Positions 37,738 to 50,019 of a stretch of 64,000 nt of DNA are shown here, in pieces (position 1 is the stretch's first letter; every line of letters begins with the position of its first letter). The notes beneath the pieces were generated by a model that saw nothing but the letters and a program-made list of their open reading frames with translations, was not told where the DNA came from and did not search any database. The position numbers and the translations under genes were made by a program. The stretch comes from Paraspadella gotoi (taxonomy: Eukaryota > Animalia > Chaetognatha): contig CM119268.1 of assembly GCA_051294375.1 (NCBI GenBank), positions 7,526,632 through 7,590,631 on the forward strand. The letters are read 5' to 3'.

Positions 37738-38994
37738 AATAGTAGAATTCGTCTAGTCAGAATAATCTTCCTTGATCCGGCTTTTTTAATATTTATAATT
37801 CATTTTTCTTCATATTGTAAATACTAACATTGTTTTTCACCACCAATTAAATAAATATACTATATGTATCCTGTAAGTTTTTTACGTCACCACCAGAATA
37901 ACTTGTCTGAAACATACTTGGGATTGAATCTACACATACTTATGAAGAATTTACAATTAGGCCAATAGCTATCCTTTGTTGGGGCAGAATTAAGAAAAAC
38001 CCAAGATGACCTTCTATTTTGATTAAACGAAAGAATTCGAGTGATAAGAAGTAAGTATTCCGCTAAAAAGAGAAAAAAAAAACATTACAACGGAAACAAC
38101 TTTATTACATCTAATCTCAAAGAAATTTTAGCCTCTTCCTTTAACTTTACTATTTAGGATACGCTATTTCAATGTTAAAGGTTTACTCTTTTAACCACAG
38201 AAGTGACGTCACCCCCGTCTTTTCGACTTTCGAGCCTTAGTGAGAACGGTCCTCTGGTTTTTCTTCCCTTCTCCACCCTTCAACTGCGATGACGCGAACG
38301 GGGGCAAACCGAAATCCCAATGGAATCCGCTAATCCTTCACCCAATCACTTCCCTCGTTCCATTCTGCTCCGAAAACACCCATCGTTCGTCTCTTTCCGC
38401 CATCGGCAATGCTTCTTCTCTCTATCCCTCTTTCCGTCAACCCTCATTTAAAACCTTCGCTCTCTCCCTCCCTCCCCAGAATTTTTTTTTTTACCTTGAC
38501 AACTTTCTCTTCGTGACTTAACATCCTCCGCTGCTGAGCAGAATCTTTTGTTTGCGAAAGGAGCAAGACTCGAGTTAGTGCGCGATCCTCGTTAAGAAAC
38601 AGACGCGTCGGGGACATCGAATCATTAACATTAAATCTTTGTACTAATCTCAGAAATTCTTGATAACAAAATCAAAAAATAACGAGTATATACGCCGCAA
38701 ACGCAATAACAATAATTGACAACATGGACGTATGTGTATAAAAATATTGAAATTATTCTGATTGATGCATAATTGCATCATTGCATATGCTGTGGTCTAA
38801 CTTGCATCTTTATGCCCAGTTGTTTTAATTCTCCGACAAGTTCCAAAGTATAAAACCCAAAGAATAAATAACATTTTTCAAGCTCACTAGCAACTAACAC
38901 AGACGTCCATTTCCCGACCAAAAGCAACCATTCCCATCCAATAAAGTGATAAACACAAAATGAGCACCATTTTTTGAGTCAGTTTATTAGGAAT

Positions 38995-41900
38995 CTACTT
39001 GAGCAAAGTCAAAGAGCAGGAGCCAGATTTTGGAGATTTTCTCGGCGACACGGTATCCAGTTCCTCGATCTTATCATTAAGATGTCGCTTTCGAGCCCCA
39101 ACGATGCGACTTGCATTTTCACGCTCGGCGAAGCGCAACTTGATGGACGACGCTTGTGACTGTGGTTCTTCTCGAAGGTTCGTATTATCTTTTAATGTGA
39201 CGTCTTTCACGGGCGACTGAAATTTTCGCGAATAATGGGGGATCGACGAAGGCTTGGACGCTGAATTAGTTGAACGCTTTTTTACTGAAGGCACAGAAGG
39301 GAAGAGAGGTTTGGCGGAGTTGTTTGTTGTTGTTGCTAGCGAATCCACTCTTGACTTGTCTTCGACCACACGATTGACTGCCGACCGTGGCTGACTACTT
39401 CGTTGGTAAGAGGTGCCAATTGTCGATTCGCCCGTCAACGCCTTGACTCGTAGAGAAGCAGCGGAAGGACGAGACTTCAAAGGGGAGGGCCGAGGTTTTC
39501 CATGAATGCGGGGAAGGTTCTGTTCTTGAGAATGCATCGTGGTAATTGTAGATCTGGAACGAAATCATATGTTGAATTAAATGGAAAATTTCGACGGAAT
39601 CTTTTAAGGCAAAGTTCAATTTACTTTTTTATGTTTTTTTCAGTGCTGCTGGCAGAGATCTCTTGAAATCTGGCCACGCGCTGGGAGACTTTTCCGCTGC
39701 CATGAAGATTACTCACAGATCCACGCTTCAGACTGTTTATTTCATCTGTAACAAAAATTATTTATCAGCAGATTTTAAAAAGAAAAATAGAGATAGTTTG
39801 TCTCTCTTTTTTTCCTTATTTTCATTATTTCTTACTTTCTTTGTTTCGCTCTTTTTTTCTAAAAATGAGAGATACTTACGTAATCCATCCAAATTATGAC
39901 CACAGCGAAGTGACGATGCCATTTTTTTAGTTTTAGGAGAAAATGATTGTAGCCGCGCGTCTGAAATCTGTTGAATGTGGTGATAGATCTTATTTTTTTT
40001 TCTTTAATTAATCAAAAGCCAATTAAGTGATTTACCTTGAAGTTGTTATTTTGACTCATGGTGACTAGCTTATTTTCGGCACACGATTCGATTGGGTAGA
40101 TTCCTTCAATTTCCCGGGGAGATTCATCCTCATCCTCATTTGTTATCGTCGTCGTTTTTGCCTGAACTATTTGAGCTTCCAAAAAGGAAACTTTTTTCTC
40201 TTCCTCGTTGAGAGCTTTACCCGGTGGCGAATCGTGTTCGGAAAAGACCATGGTGGCATCAACAATTGTGACGGTATCACTCTTGGACTCTGGCCGCGAC
40301 GCCTCGCCGCCCTCTTGTTCCTCAATCACCTCTACATTAGCAATTACGTCCTCACTGTTCATTAAACGATTTGCTCTGAGATGAGACTCGATGGCGTGAA
40401 GAAGCGACAAGTCATTGCCGCATTCCAAAGTTATTTCTGTTTCAGACTCGGGTCCATCGTTCGTCATCACATCCGCCGAATCAAAAGAAGTTGAAACTGA
40501 CAAGTCCGACGCCCCAGAAGTATCGCTGCTGCGGCAATGGCTTTTAGAGCATGAGCTCTCGTGACTGCAAACGCTTTGCAGGCTGTTTTTGCTAGAGCAG
40601 CTTTTAAAACTGCCATAGCTGCTGTTTGAGCCGTTTAATTCCTGAGGAGGCTCAACGATGTAGTCATGCGATTGATTTCCTTTACTTTCTTCCTTTGTAT
40701 AAGACTTCTGCATCGACTTTTCCCCAAATGTCTCCATTTGATAATAACGGTCGGCCAATTCCTTCATTCCATGACAAAAGCGCGAGGATATTCCATGAGA
40801 ATAATTTGACTGAGGAGATACCTCAACGCCATCTTTTTTAACAAAATCAACGATCATTTCGTGATCATCAACGTCATGTTCATTATTTCTTGTAAAAGCT
40901 TCTGTTTTGTTGTTTTCTGACAAGCTGCTTCTCCAGCTTCGCCGCTTCTCAGTTACGGTCAAGGGGGACATGAGACCAACTTGCTGCGAGTTGGGTTTGC
41001 CACGCCTGAGACCAGACACCCTGGCAAATGTGAAAATGGCGTCTCTGTCGCCCTCGCTGAGACTGCGGCGACGAGTCACCCCAGAAGGAGAACCTTCGGA
41101 GCTGCTCGGAGTGTCCGCGAGCAAATACTGGCCGAAACCCAGAGGTGATGCCTGGGAATTAAAACAAGTAAGTATGAGTTTGAAGAAAATTCGTTTGAAA
41201 TTTTTGTAGCTATTAACTCACCATGTCTTCAGCTGTCGTCGATGTTTGCTGTTGTGGAGATTGATCATCCGTGAGTCCTAGTCGAGAGGTAAGGGAAAAA
41301 ATAAAATTTTACGAGTAAAGAAAATATCTAAAATGGTGTGAAGGACGATGCCGCGATGACCGTCCGTTGCACACAAGGTCCCGAACTTCGGATCGGGCTG
41401 TAGTCCGTCACTATAGGTGGGTAAGACGCCCCGTCCCGCTTTTACTTGTGTGAATCAGCAGGGCGCGAACCCGAGTCCTTCAGTATTATTTGTTAACAAA
41501 AATATATTCATAAAGTTGTAATATAAGTTTATAACTCGTATTGTTTAAATATTATGAAAAATTAAAAGTAAACTACATACACCTCATATCACTACGTATT
41601 ACCTGTTGATTCCGACATTTTTGTGAGATAAGACAAGATTTGTCCCTTGCCAGGTGTTTGAATGGAACCGGGAATGGATTGTTTGACGTCGAAAAGGGCA
41701 GGTGACAATGATATGGAATCTTCCATATCTTCCAAACCGATGTTGAACCTGCGTTTTAAATTTAAAATTGTTTTCAATGATTTAAACATACCGTTTGATG
41801 CACTTACAAGAAATACGATTTCACAGCAACCAATTAAAATGTTAAAATGTTAAATTAGTAAAAAAAACCGTTAATATATTTTGTTAAAATGTATATAGAA

Positions 41901-44900
41901 TTCATATTCTAACATCAACAAAAATATTAAATTTCTAAACTAGGTATTTATCAGAAAACTGGATCAAGTTGAATTTACCCAGTGTTTTGAGAGCTGCCAA
42001 TGAGAAATGATATTAAAATGATTTATTAGGTTATTATAAATATATTATATAACTTAACTTTATATCACAAATTTACCTGTTAACCAGACTGATTTCTTCC
42101 GGTGCTGACATGGGCGCCATTGCTACTGAATTGCCCACAAATGACTTCGCCATGTCATCATTATTGGAGGAAAAAGATCCGGAAGAAAAGTTGGTTCCCC
42201 CATCAAAACACGATTCCTCTGATAGCGAAGAATTGTTATCGTCCATGGATATTATATCTGATCGAAGAAATACGGTCAGAGAGAAGTGAGCAATGGGCAT
42301 TGCGCAAACATTATTTTATGTAACATCTGCTTCACTAAGAAGTTATTCAAAATTTATCCCGTGTAAAAAAAAAGAATATCATAATAAGAATTGCAGGGGG
42401 GCACGACCCATGAAATTACCTGAACTTTTATCTTCCTCGGTTAAATCGTCACTGCTCTTGGTCGCTCTTAGTTCAGCGACTAAAGAAGTAAAAGTTAATC
42501 AATTACTTTATGCTTAAATAATTACTTATTTTCGCTAAAGGTTTCACCGAGACTAACCATTTTTTCTTCTTTCCTCCAAGTTGCTTCCTGCTGGTGAGGA
42601 CGGGTGCTTGTGTCTACGGCTGGAAATGACAGCACCTTTTTTTTTAACCTTCGATTCATCAATGTTCATAGAATCTAGCGAATTGTCGTTAACGTTGTAA
42701 TCGCTTTTCGAAGTCATTACGCTTTCCTATATATGGTAGATAATTAAAAATTAAATTAAAAATTAAAAAATCAAAAATTACAGAAAAACTATGTAGAGAA
42801 ATTGAACTTTGGAGCTAACCAGTACTTAATCTGATATAGACCAAACACTATTATATTATTATTACCTCTGAATTAAAACTGTTACTAAGCTTCTTGATCA
42901 AAGACATGGCACGCCTGTGTCCGCCAGTCACGTCCGAAACAGTGTCTGGACTTCTAGGCCTTGACTTTACACCCTCGATACGACCACAAGAGGAGTTTCG
43001 CTTGTGTTTGATGACATCATCAATGGGCAATTCTCCGGAAGCTTCTTGATTATGGCCCCGATGACGGGCTCTGTGAAAATATTAATAAATAATAAATATA
43101 TACTATATAATAATATATATAATAGAGTATTCTTCTTCGATTCAACGAGGTACAGACCTGGATTGTCTGGAATGCAAAATAGGAGAGGCATTAATCATAT
43201 AGGATTGACTTTTCATTGATGGCGTCAAAGGTAAAAAAGGCGAATTTGCTATATTGGCGTTGAGGGCTGCCCGCCTGCAAAGTTTATAAGTATAACTTAG
43301 TTTATTTTCATTACTCAATTCATTACATCTCTACCTTTTCGTCGATCCGCAGTTGTAAGTATTGGCGTGATTTGAAATTATCTTGGGCGTGTAAGGCTCC
43401 ATTTTGTAGAGGCTACGTGGAGTGGCGGGTGGTAACCCAGCTGGGTCATAGTTTTGATGATGAGCGGGACGTTGCACAACTTCACAGGTCACATTGTAAT
43501 TGGCATTGAGGTTACTTCTCGAACCTTTTAGCCAGGCAAATCCCTCGCTCAATCCGCTTACCAAACCTAAGTGCGAGCATATGCCTTATTTTGCGACTGT
43601 AAGTATAAACACTACAATTTGCATCTTCTGCTAAGTAGCTAAGGCAAGCTTGTTAATTAATTTAACCATAGCAAAGCTTCAATGATTCAAATAGCCCAAA
43701 ACAAAAGATTGAAAGTGAGAAGAAATAAGGAAAATATTGAGTTCCCCGGTAAACTAAGAATAGTGCATGCAATACGTCTACAAAACCATAAACTTTATTA
43801 CTTATATTAATTTATTATTTTAGATTACTTGAATTTTTTTCGAGTTTTTAAAAAAAATTTACTCGTCTGCTCAGACACAGTTTTACAGTAGTAAATTACC
43901 GTAATATTGTGGTCGACCACAACAACAAAACCAATTACACACACAGCAACAATGCGTCACTCTACAAGGTAAACAAATAAAAAATTGTGCTAAAAGCGAC
44001 GTCTCAGGATGCTCCTTGTCATTTTCGACCTACCATCAGCAACGTCCTCCGCCACATGAGCCAAACCATTGCTCAGCCTCTTGCGCATTTCTTATGACAA
44101 AACAACGGAGGCAAAACGTTTAAAACTTTCATCAATGTGAACAAGTTAAATTGTGACCTGAACCACAACTCACCCGAAAACGATGCGCTCCTTTTCTTCC
44201 GTTTAATCTTGGGTTTGTCATCTTCACGCTGCGTTCTGTCATCTCCGCCTCGGCTGTTGTCACCGAAATCGTTTTTGTTCGTCGAAGGAAACAACGTGGA
44301 CATCATTCGGGATCGCTCGAACACCGATAAGGGAACAGATCCGATTCTGAAACAAGTCAATGCTTAGAAATTAGCAGATATGTAAAATAATAACAGACCA
44401 TGGGCGTCAGGCGTCAATCTTTCTACAAACTTTTCAGTCATCCCGATCAGCATGATAACAACTTCTGTCCGCCTGTTGAGAGCCTTGGATTCCTCGCCCT
44501 GCGTGCCAAGATGTTTGACATCACGTTCGTCCTTTGGCGCCGGCATGAAATTCGGCGTCATGATCAACGCCAAATTTGTTACGTCCATTTTATTCTCCTG
44601 AATAGAAGAAAGCCTAGTTAATTTGTTGTCTACTTTTACTGTCATAATTTATTTTCAATTTCATAAAAAATTATGACCTTATTTTTCAGCCACAAAAATT
44701 TAGAGGACAACTAACCTCGGCCATCGAAATTTTGTTGAGCTCGCAGAGAACGAACCGAAGAGTCGTGAGGTGAGACATCGGCAAGAGACAACACAATAAT
44801 GTCATCGCATCCTCTTTCGTTAGCGAGGTCGATGGGTCGATCACCTCATCGGAAAACGACATCACCTTTGAGAATGAATAAATAACAATTCATAACTCAA

Positions 44901-45745
44901 TCGTTATCTTATAATATAAATGATGCCGAGTTAATATGTATCTTTAACGATAATTATTTTTCCCTCTAAAAGCTTGGCAGTAACACAAAATTGATCTGGA
45001 TTAGATGAACAAAATAACTCTGACCTTAAGAAAAGCGTCATGGAAGTGAAACGGGAGAAGTGGTTCCGGCAAATTTCGAAAAAACTCCTTGACAACGGAA
45101 GTCACGTCATTCGGTTGAGCGTCCGCAAAGTCCAAGCAGCCAATCTCGATTCTACCCTGTTGAAGGTAAACTCATATTTTGTAGACATATTACAGATTAT
45201 AAAGATATTCAATTCCAGACTAATAAAAAAAGCAAATCTACGAACTTTTAATTCTTTCTGTCGCTGTACTGATCCGCTCTTTCTAAAAATTCCTTCTAAA
45301 CTGTAGTGACTACGGAGGTAGTAAAAGGCTTCGACGAGAAAGGAAGGAACGAACATGTGGCCCAACAGTTCGTCGTCCGCGATGCTTGAGGGAACTTCGT
45401 CCAAAGGTCGGTGGAATATTGACGATGTCGTTGTCGATGATTGAGATGAAGAGGTTTGCTTTTCCTTAAAATTCCAACCACGAAACACATTTTATAATTA
45501 ATATCATATAAAATTTTATTCGGTGCGTTACGTAAACGTAAAATTTTGCCATGAGGAAAGAATCTCAAATGAGAACAATACAAAATTAGACTGGATAAGA
45601 ATAGTATTTTTTTCATGCTCACCTTGGCCATGTGGGATGCGCTTCTCCGCCTAGCTTTGTTAATTTTAACGCCAACATTTTGCAAATCCGACAGTACGAC
45701 GCTCCTGAAGCTTATCTTGTCCTCGATCTGTCCAATGTGATGCAT
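38995..45745 (-). CDS. ARHGAP11: Rho GTPase-activating protein 11-like (N-terminal RhoGAP domain, long Ser-rich tail), multi-exon
   Basis: IFHRPLDEVP...VPSFLVEAFYYLRSHYSLEGIFRKSGSVQRQKELK (arginine finger), ENKMDVTNLALIMTPNFM, downstream KRKKRSASFSG, and a short N-terminal exon preceding the GAP domain as in ARHGAP11A. The 3' exon boundaries are approximate. Confidence 0.78.
41334..41485 (-). mobile_element. Probable truncated tRNA-derived SINE in an intron
   Basis: GC-rich island in an AT-rich intron. The minus strand begins with a B-box-like GGGTTCGCGCCC. Confidence 0.35.
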
Positions 45746-45839
45746 CGTGTATCGTTAGCGTATCACAATGTGGGTGTCATAATCGCATGAGTCTCTTTGA
45801 AAACAGTCCAGGTGAGTTTTTCCCTCGAGCTCAACTGAA

Positions 45840-45960
45840 AAGAAATTTTGAAATCCGCCAAGTGACGTCACTAGAATCGAAACGTGATTGGTCGAAGAAA
45901 GGATTTTATTAGTGACGTTAATTCGCTACAAGCCGATTGGCGAATCGTTGATTGGCTCAG
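45840..45960 (-). promoter_or_regulatory. Cell-cycle-type promoter: three CCAAT boxes, CRE and CHR-like TTTGAA
   Basis: ATTGG at 45887, 45936 and 45951; TGACGTCA at 45863-45870; TTTGAA at ~45847 next to CCGCC. All lie ~100-200 bp upstream of the ARHGAP11 ATG. Confidence 0.5.
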
Positions 45961-46328
45961 CTGGAGGAGAAATATTTTTTCTTTTTAATCGGGGCCGACG
46001 CGACTTGCTAAATTAATTTCGATTTGAAAACCCTACGTTTTTAAGAAAATAACACATATTTATGCCAAATTTTCAAATATCAAGTCGAAACGTTTCGATA
46101 TTATCATCTCATATGAATATGAACCAAGAAATATCAATACAGCTGTTTTAACAGTATTATCGCTGCTCTGCTGCTTTTTAATAAATGGGCGTAAACTATC
46201 GCATGATACACTCATGTGATCAATCTCAACAAGTTCTTTCAAATTCCATTGTTAATGTTACCATTCATAATTCTTTTTAATTTATTTCGTATTAAATCCC
46301 GAATTATATTTAGATCTTGAAACTGAAA

Positions 46329-46904
46329 ATGGCCCGTTTCCTCTCGACAATTTCGCTTTTGTTGGTTGTTTCTTCTGTTTTGTCATATGAAATTGCCAAA
46401 CAAAACGGGTTAGTTCGTACAATCGTAAATTTTTTTCGAAGAACGAAACATTAAAAATTATTTAAATTTGTAGAAGTCCTGATGAAAACGACGTCATCTG
46501 CCCAGATGGCCAGAGTGCATGTCCCGACGGAAATACCTGTTGCTTGTTGTCCACAGGAGAATACGGTTGCTGTCCATTGCCAAATGCCGTTTGCTGCCCC
46601 GACAAAATCCATTGTTGCCCAAACGGATACTCGTGTAATTATGACACTTGCATTCGTGTGAGTAAAACATATCCTAAATAAATTTATAAAAACATTAAAC
46701 ATAAACATGAATAAAATTAATTTTTAAAAACCACAGGGGCAGCACTCAATTCCTTGGGTCAAAAAAGAAAAAGCCAAAAATGTAACCTCATCAAACTCTG
46801 TGCGATGTGATGCATTTAGCACCTGTCCTGATCGCACGACATGTTGCAAAACCATCTCGGGTGAAATTTTTTTTTATTCCTTTTTCTTTCTCTTCTTTCT
46901 CTTT

Positions 46905-46955
<51 letters not shown>

Positions 46956-47699
46956 ATTTCCTATCTCTTAATGTTACCGAAAGCTTTTAAAATTACTTCT
47001 CTCAACAAATCGTATAGGCCAGTGGGGATGCTGCCCCATCCCTAATGCTGTCTGCTGCAAGGATGGACTTCACTGTTGTCCTTCGGGAACCATATGCGAC
47101 GCGGCCCACTCGAGATGTTTGAAAAGGGAAGGGCTGCGGATTGGCGAAGAATTTACGGCAAAGGTTGGAAAATGAAAAGGAAAGAAAACCTCAGGTCTAA
47201 GAGACATTTTTGTTTTGTTCTGTTTTCCTCAGGTTCACCTAGTAACGAAGACAAAAGAAGAAACTTACACTGTAAAGGTATGCCCGGATAAAAAGTCTTA
47301 CTGCCCGGACGGATCGACCTGCTGCCTGCTCTCCGGAGGTAGTTACGGCTGCTGCCCTTATCGCCGAGCGACCTGCTGCATCGATCACATCCATTGCTGC
47401 CCTGAAGGCTCTTCTTGCGATCTTCTGCATTCCCGCTGCAATTCTCATAAGGCGTCGGATGATGGTGAGCAACTATTGAATCTCAATGAGATTCTCATGA
47501 TTTTTTGTTGTTGTTAGTTAGCTTGTGAAATTGATTCTTTACAGGAAAGAACCTCGTCCCCCTTTCCACAAAATCACCGGCGTTGACTTGGAATGCTGCG
47601 TCTTCGTCGGATTTTTGCAGAGACGAAGAAACGGCGTGTTTGCACGGCCGTAAATGCTGCATTACAGTAAAAGGCGAGTGGGGATGCTGCGCGTTCTAG
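46329..47699 (+). CDS. GRN: Progranulin (three full granulin repeats plus a C-terminal half repeat)
   Basis: Signal peptide [19 protein letters not shown]. Repeats: [48 protein letters not shown]; [14 protein letters not shown]...[25 protein letters not shown]; [47 protein letters not shown]. The terminal half repeat ends [15 protein letters not shown]. Confidence 0.93.
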
Positions 47700-48733
47700 G
47701 ATTGGTCATTGGGCTAATCCAAACGAATCAGTTTCGCGTTTTGCTGTGATGAATTCTAAAAAAAAATTCTTCGAATCGTTTCTTTGGCTCCGGGTGATAA
47801 TTTTTGTTTTGTTTCCTCAATTTCACTCCTCTGTGATTTATCAAAATTATGCTACACATTATTCCGAACATTTTACCATTAGTTCATAATTTGTGATAAT
47901 ATATGTTATTTAGTGTGACTTTCGTTAGATTTTGTTAAATTTTGAAGTTTCACATGTTTTTTTTAAATTCTAAATGAAGTCTAACCATATTGTATCAATT
48001 TTTCCTATGTTGTATGGTATGGAGCGTGGTGCAGTACATTGTTTGTTTGTGTTTACCAAACTTCACTGAGATTTTCCCATTATTATGACGGCATTACTTA
48101 AGAAAAAGATTTCATCTCGCTCAATTCAGCTTCCGTCGCTATTTTCCCACCGATCATAAAGGAGGTTGTTGTTGGGCTTTATTTTTTATTTTGAAATTGT
48201 TCACTGCGGGGGTATTATTAAATGTTAAAGAGAAATAGGTACAAAAAAATTTTTTTTCGGTCTAATGTAGTTATTAGTTGATCATTATGTAAAAAAAATA
48301 CTACCTTTTTGGAGTAGGTGTTTCTTGGTACTTCTTGATTTGTTAGCAGTTATAATAGATATGTATTAGCGAATAATTTTCGTTCTTTTTTTTATCCTAT
48401 GAATTCAAGAGTAAGAAAACATATTTATTCTAATCTCGTCAAATAAACTTAGCAGTACTTACTTATGAAGTACACGTACCTACTTCGCCAGTTTTCCTAA
48501 CTGCACTTAAAATTTTCATCATAATCATATTTAAAATTTTTAAATAATTTATCAATTTTATTGCGCGGACATCAATTGTTGCATATCATTTGGTGAATAC
48601 TGAGCGACAAATTATTTTGGCGGAGCGACAACAAAAAAATTCAGTAAGAATCACTAAAATAAAGACATATGCGACATTAATAAATAAAGTGGACGAATCA
48701 CGAGTTAATGGATTTTATCTTCTGAAAACCGTC

Positions 48734-49922
48734 TCACCACCATCTGGCGTATTTTCCCCAATGACCGGGCTTTTTCTTGGGGCACGTAAAACCCGTCTGA
48801 GGAAGAAAAAATGCAAGATGAATTTTCTATTTGCCGAAGCATGCGTGCAAACAAACAAATAATTGATCAATACCTTGACCCAGAGTCCGCTGCTGAATTC
48901 GTCGTCTTCAGCAGTGTGACAAGCGATCACCTTCACTTCACCCGGGCCAGAGAAAGATGATTGAAAGTTGAAATCCATCACCTTAAGGAATAATTTCAAT
49001 AATTATTATAGTCATTAACACATAACAATAATTACTGTCTCTTCAAAGGTTACTTTCAAAACAAAATGATACCCTTACAATTATACATGGAAAGATGAAA
49101 GATAATGACTTTTTTTTTATAAAGTTTGTACCTCACGGGACTCCATGCAACATTTCTGGTCACGCTGACATTCGGCATCTCGTCTGCATGACACGGAGGC
49201 ACCTTGCCTCTGATTTTGCATGATATGCTTCGCGGTAGAGTAGTCCAGATGCGTCACTGGCTGGGTTCCCCGAGGGCAAAAGCCTGATGGTGTCAATTGA
49301 TGTTTTATCACAAAATGTACGAAATGGAAGGATAGTCGTCGTCGACTCCTACGTACCCCTGTGTTGCTGCGTGTTGGTCAGGCAAAAAAAGTCCGAAGAT
49401 GACCTTACTTTACCCGATATGGGGCAGCAGACGTGCTCCCTTCCAGTACATCTGAGTTTCACAAATTTAAGAATATTTAAATATTTATAGTTATATTTTT
49501 AATTTGAAGAAATTAATTAGTTCTTTTTCACTACAATATCTATTGACTTACTTTTGCATTCCGCAAGCCAGCGTTGCGTTTCTCTCGAATTCCACGAAAC
49601 CATTCCTGTTATGCTTGGTGATGCACCGAAGATTTTTGAGGTCGCAGAACGCTTCAAAAAAAAAAAAAATTTTTTTAGTTAAACCTTTTTTCAATACATT
49701 TTTATATCGCGCGCTTACCAAACATTTTTTCCATCAGCGTCATCTTCGCCACCAACTGTGAGGGATGATGAACTGTATGGAAAAAAAAAGGTTATTTTTA
49801 GGACTTCGATTCAAAAAAAGGACTTTACCTCACTTACTTTTTTCCCCTCGATTTCCTCTCCCATGGCGCTGTCCCGAGCTGAGGGCCAGCAGGGAAAGAA
49901 AGAGGAGAGCCCAAGATGTCAT
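48734..49922 (-). CDS. Small secreted Cys-rich protein with a WAP/four-disulfide-core-like domain, multi-exon
   Basis: Signal peptide MTSWALLFLSLLALSSG; GFCPRG...SCRRDAECQRDQKCC WAP-like motif; last exons VMDFNFQ...GLWVK / TGFTCPKKKPGHWGKYARWW*. Confidence 0.6.
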
Positions 49923-50019
49923 CTCGATTAAGGACACCAGACCTTCCGAAGGAAGTTAAATGAAAATTAACTTATATTAAATTAAATGAAACTGTGAACA
50001 ATATATTAAGAAAGACGGC

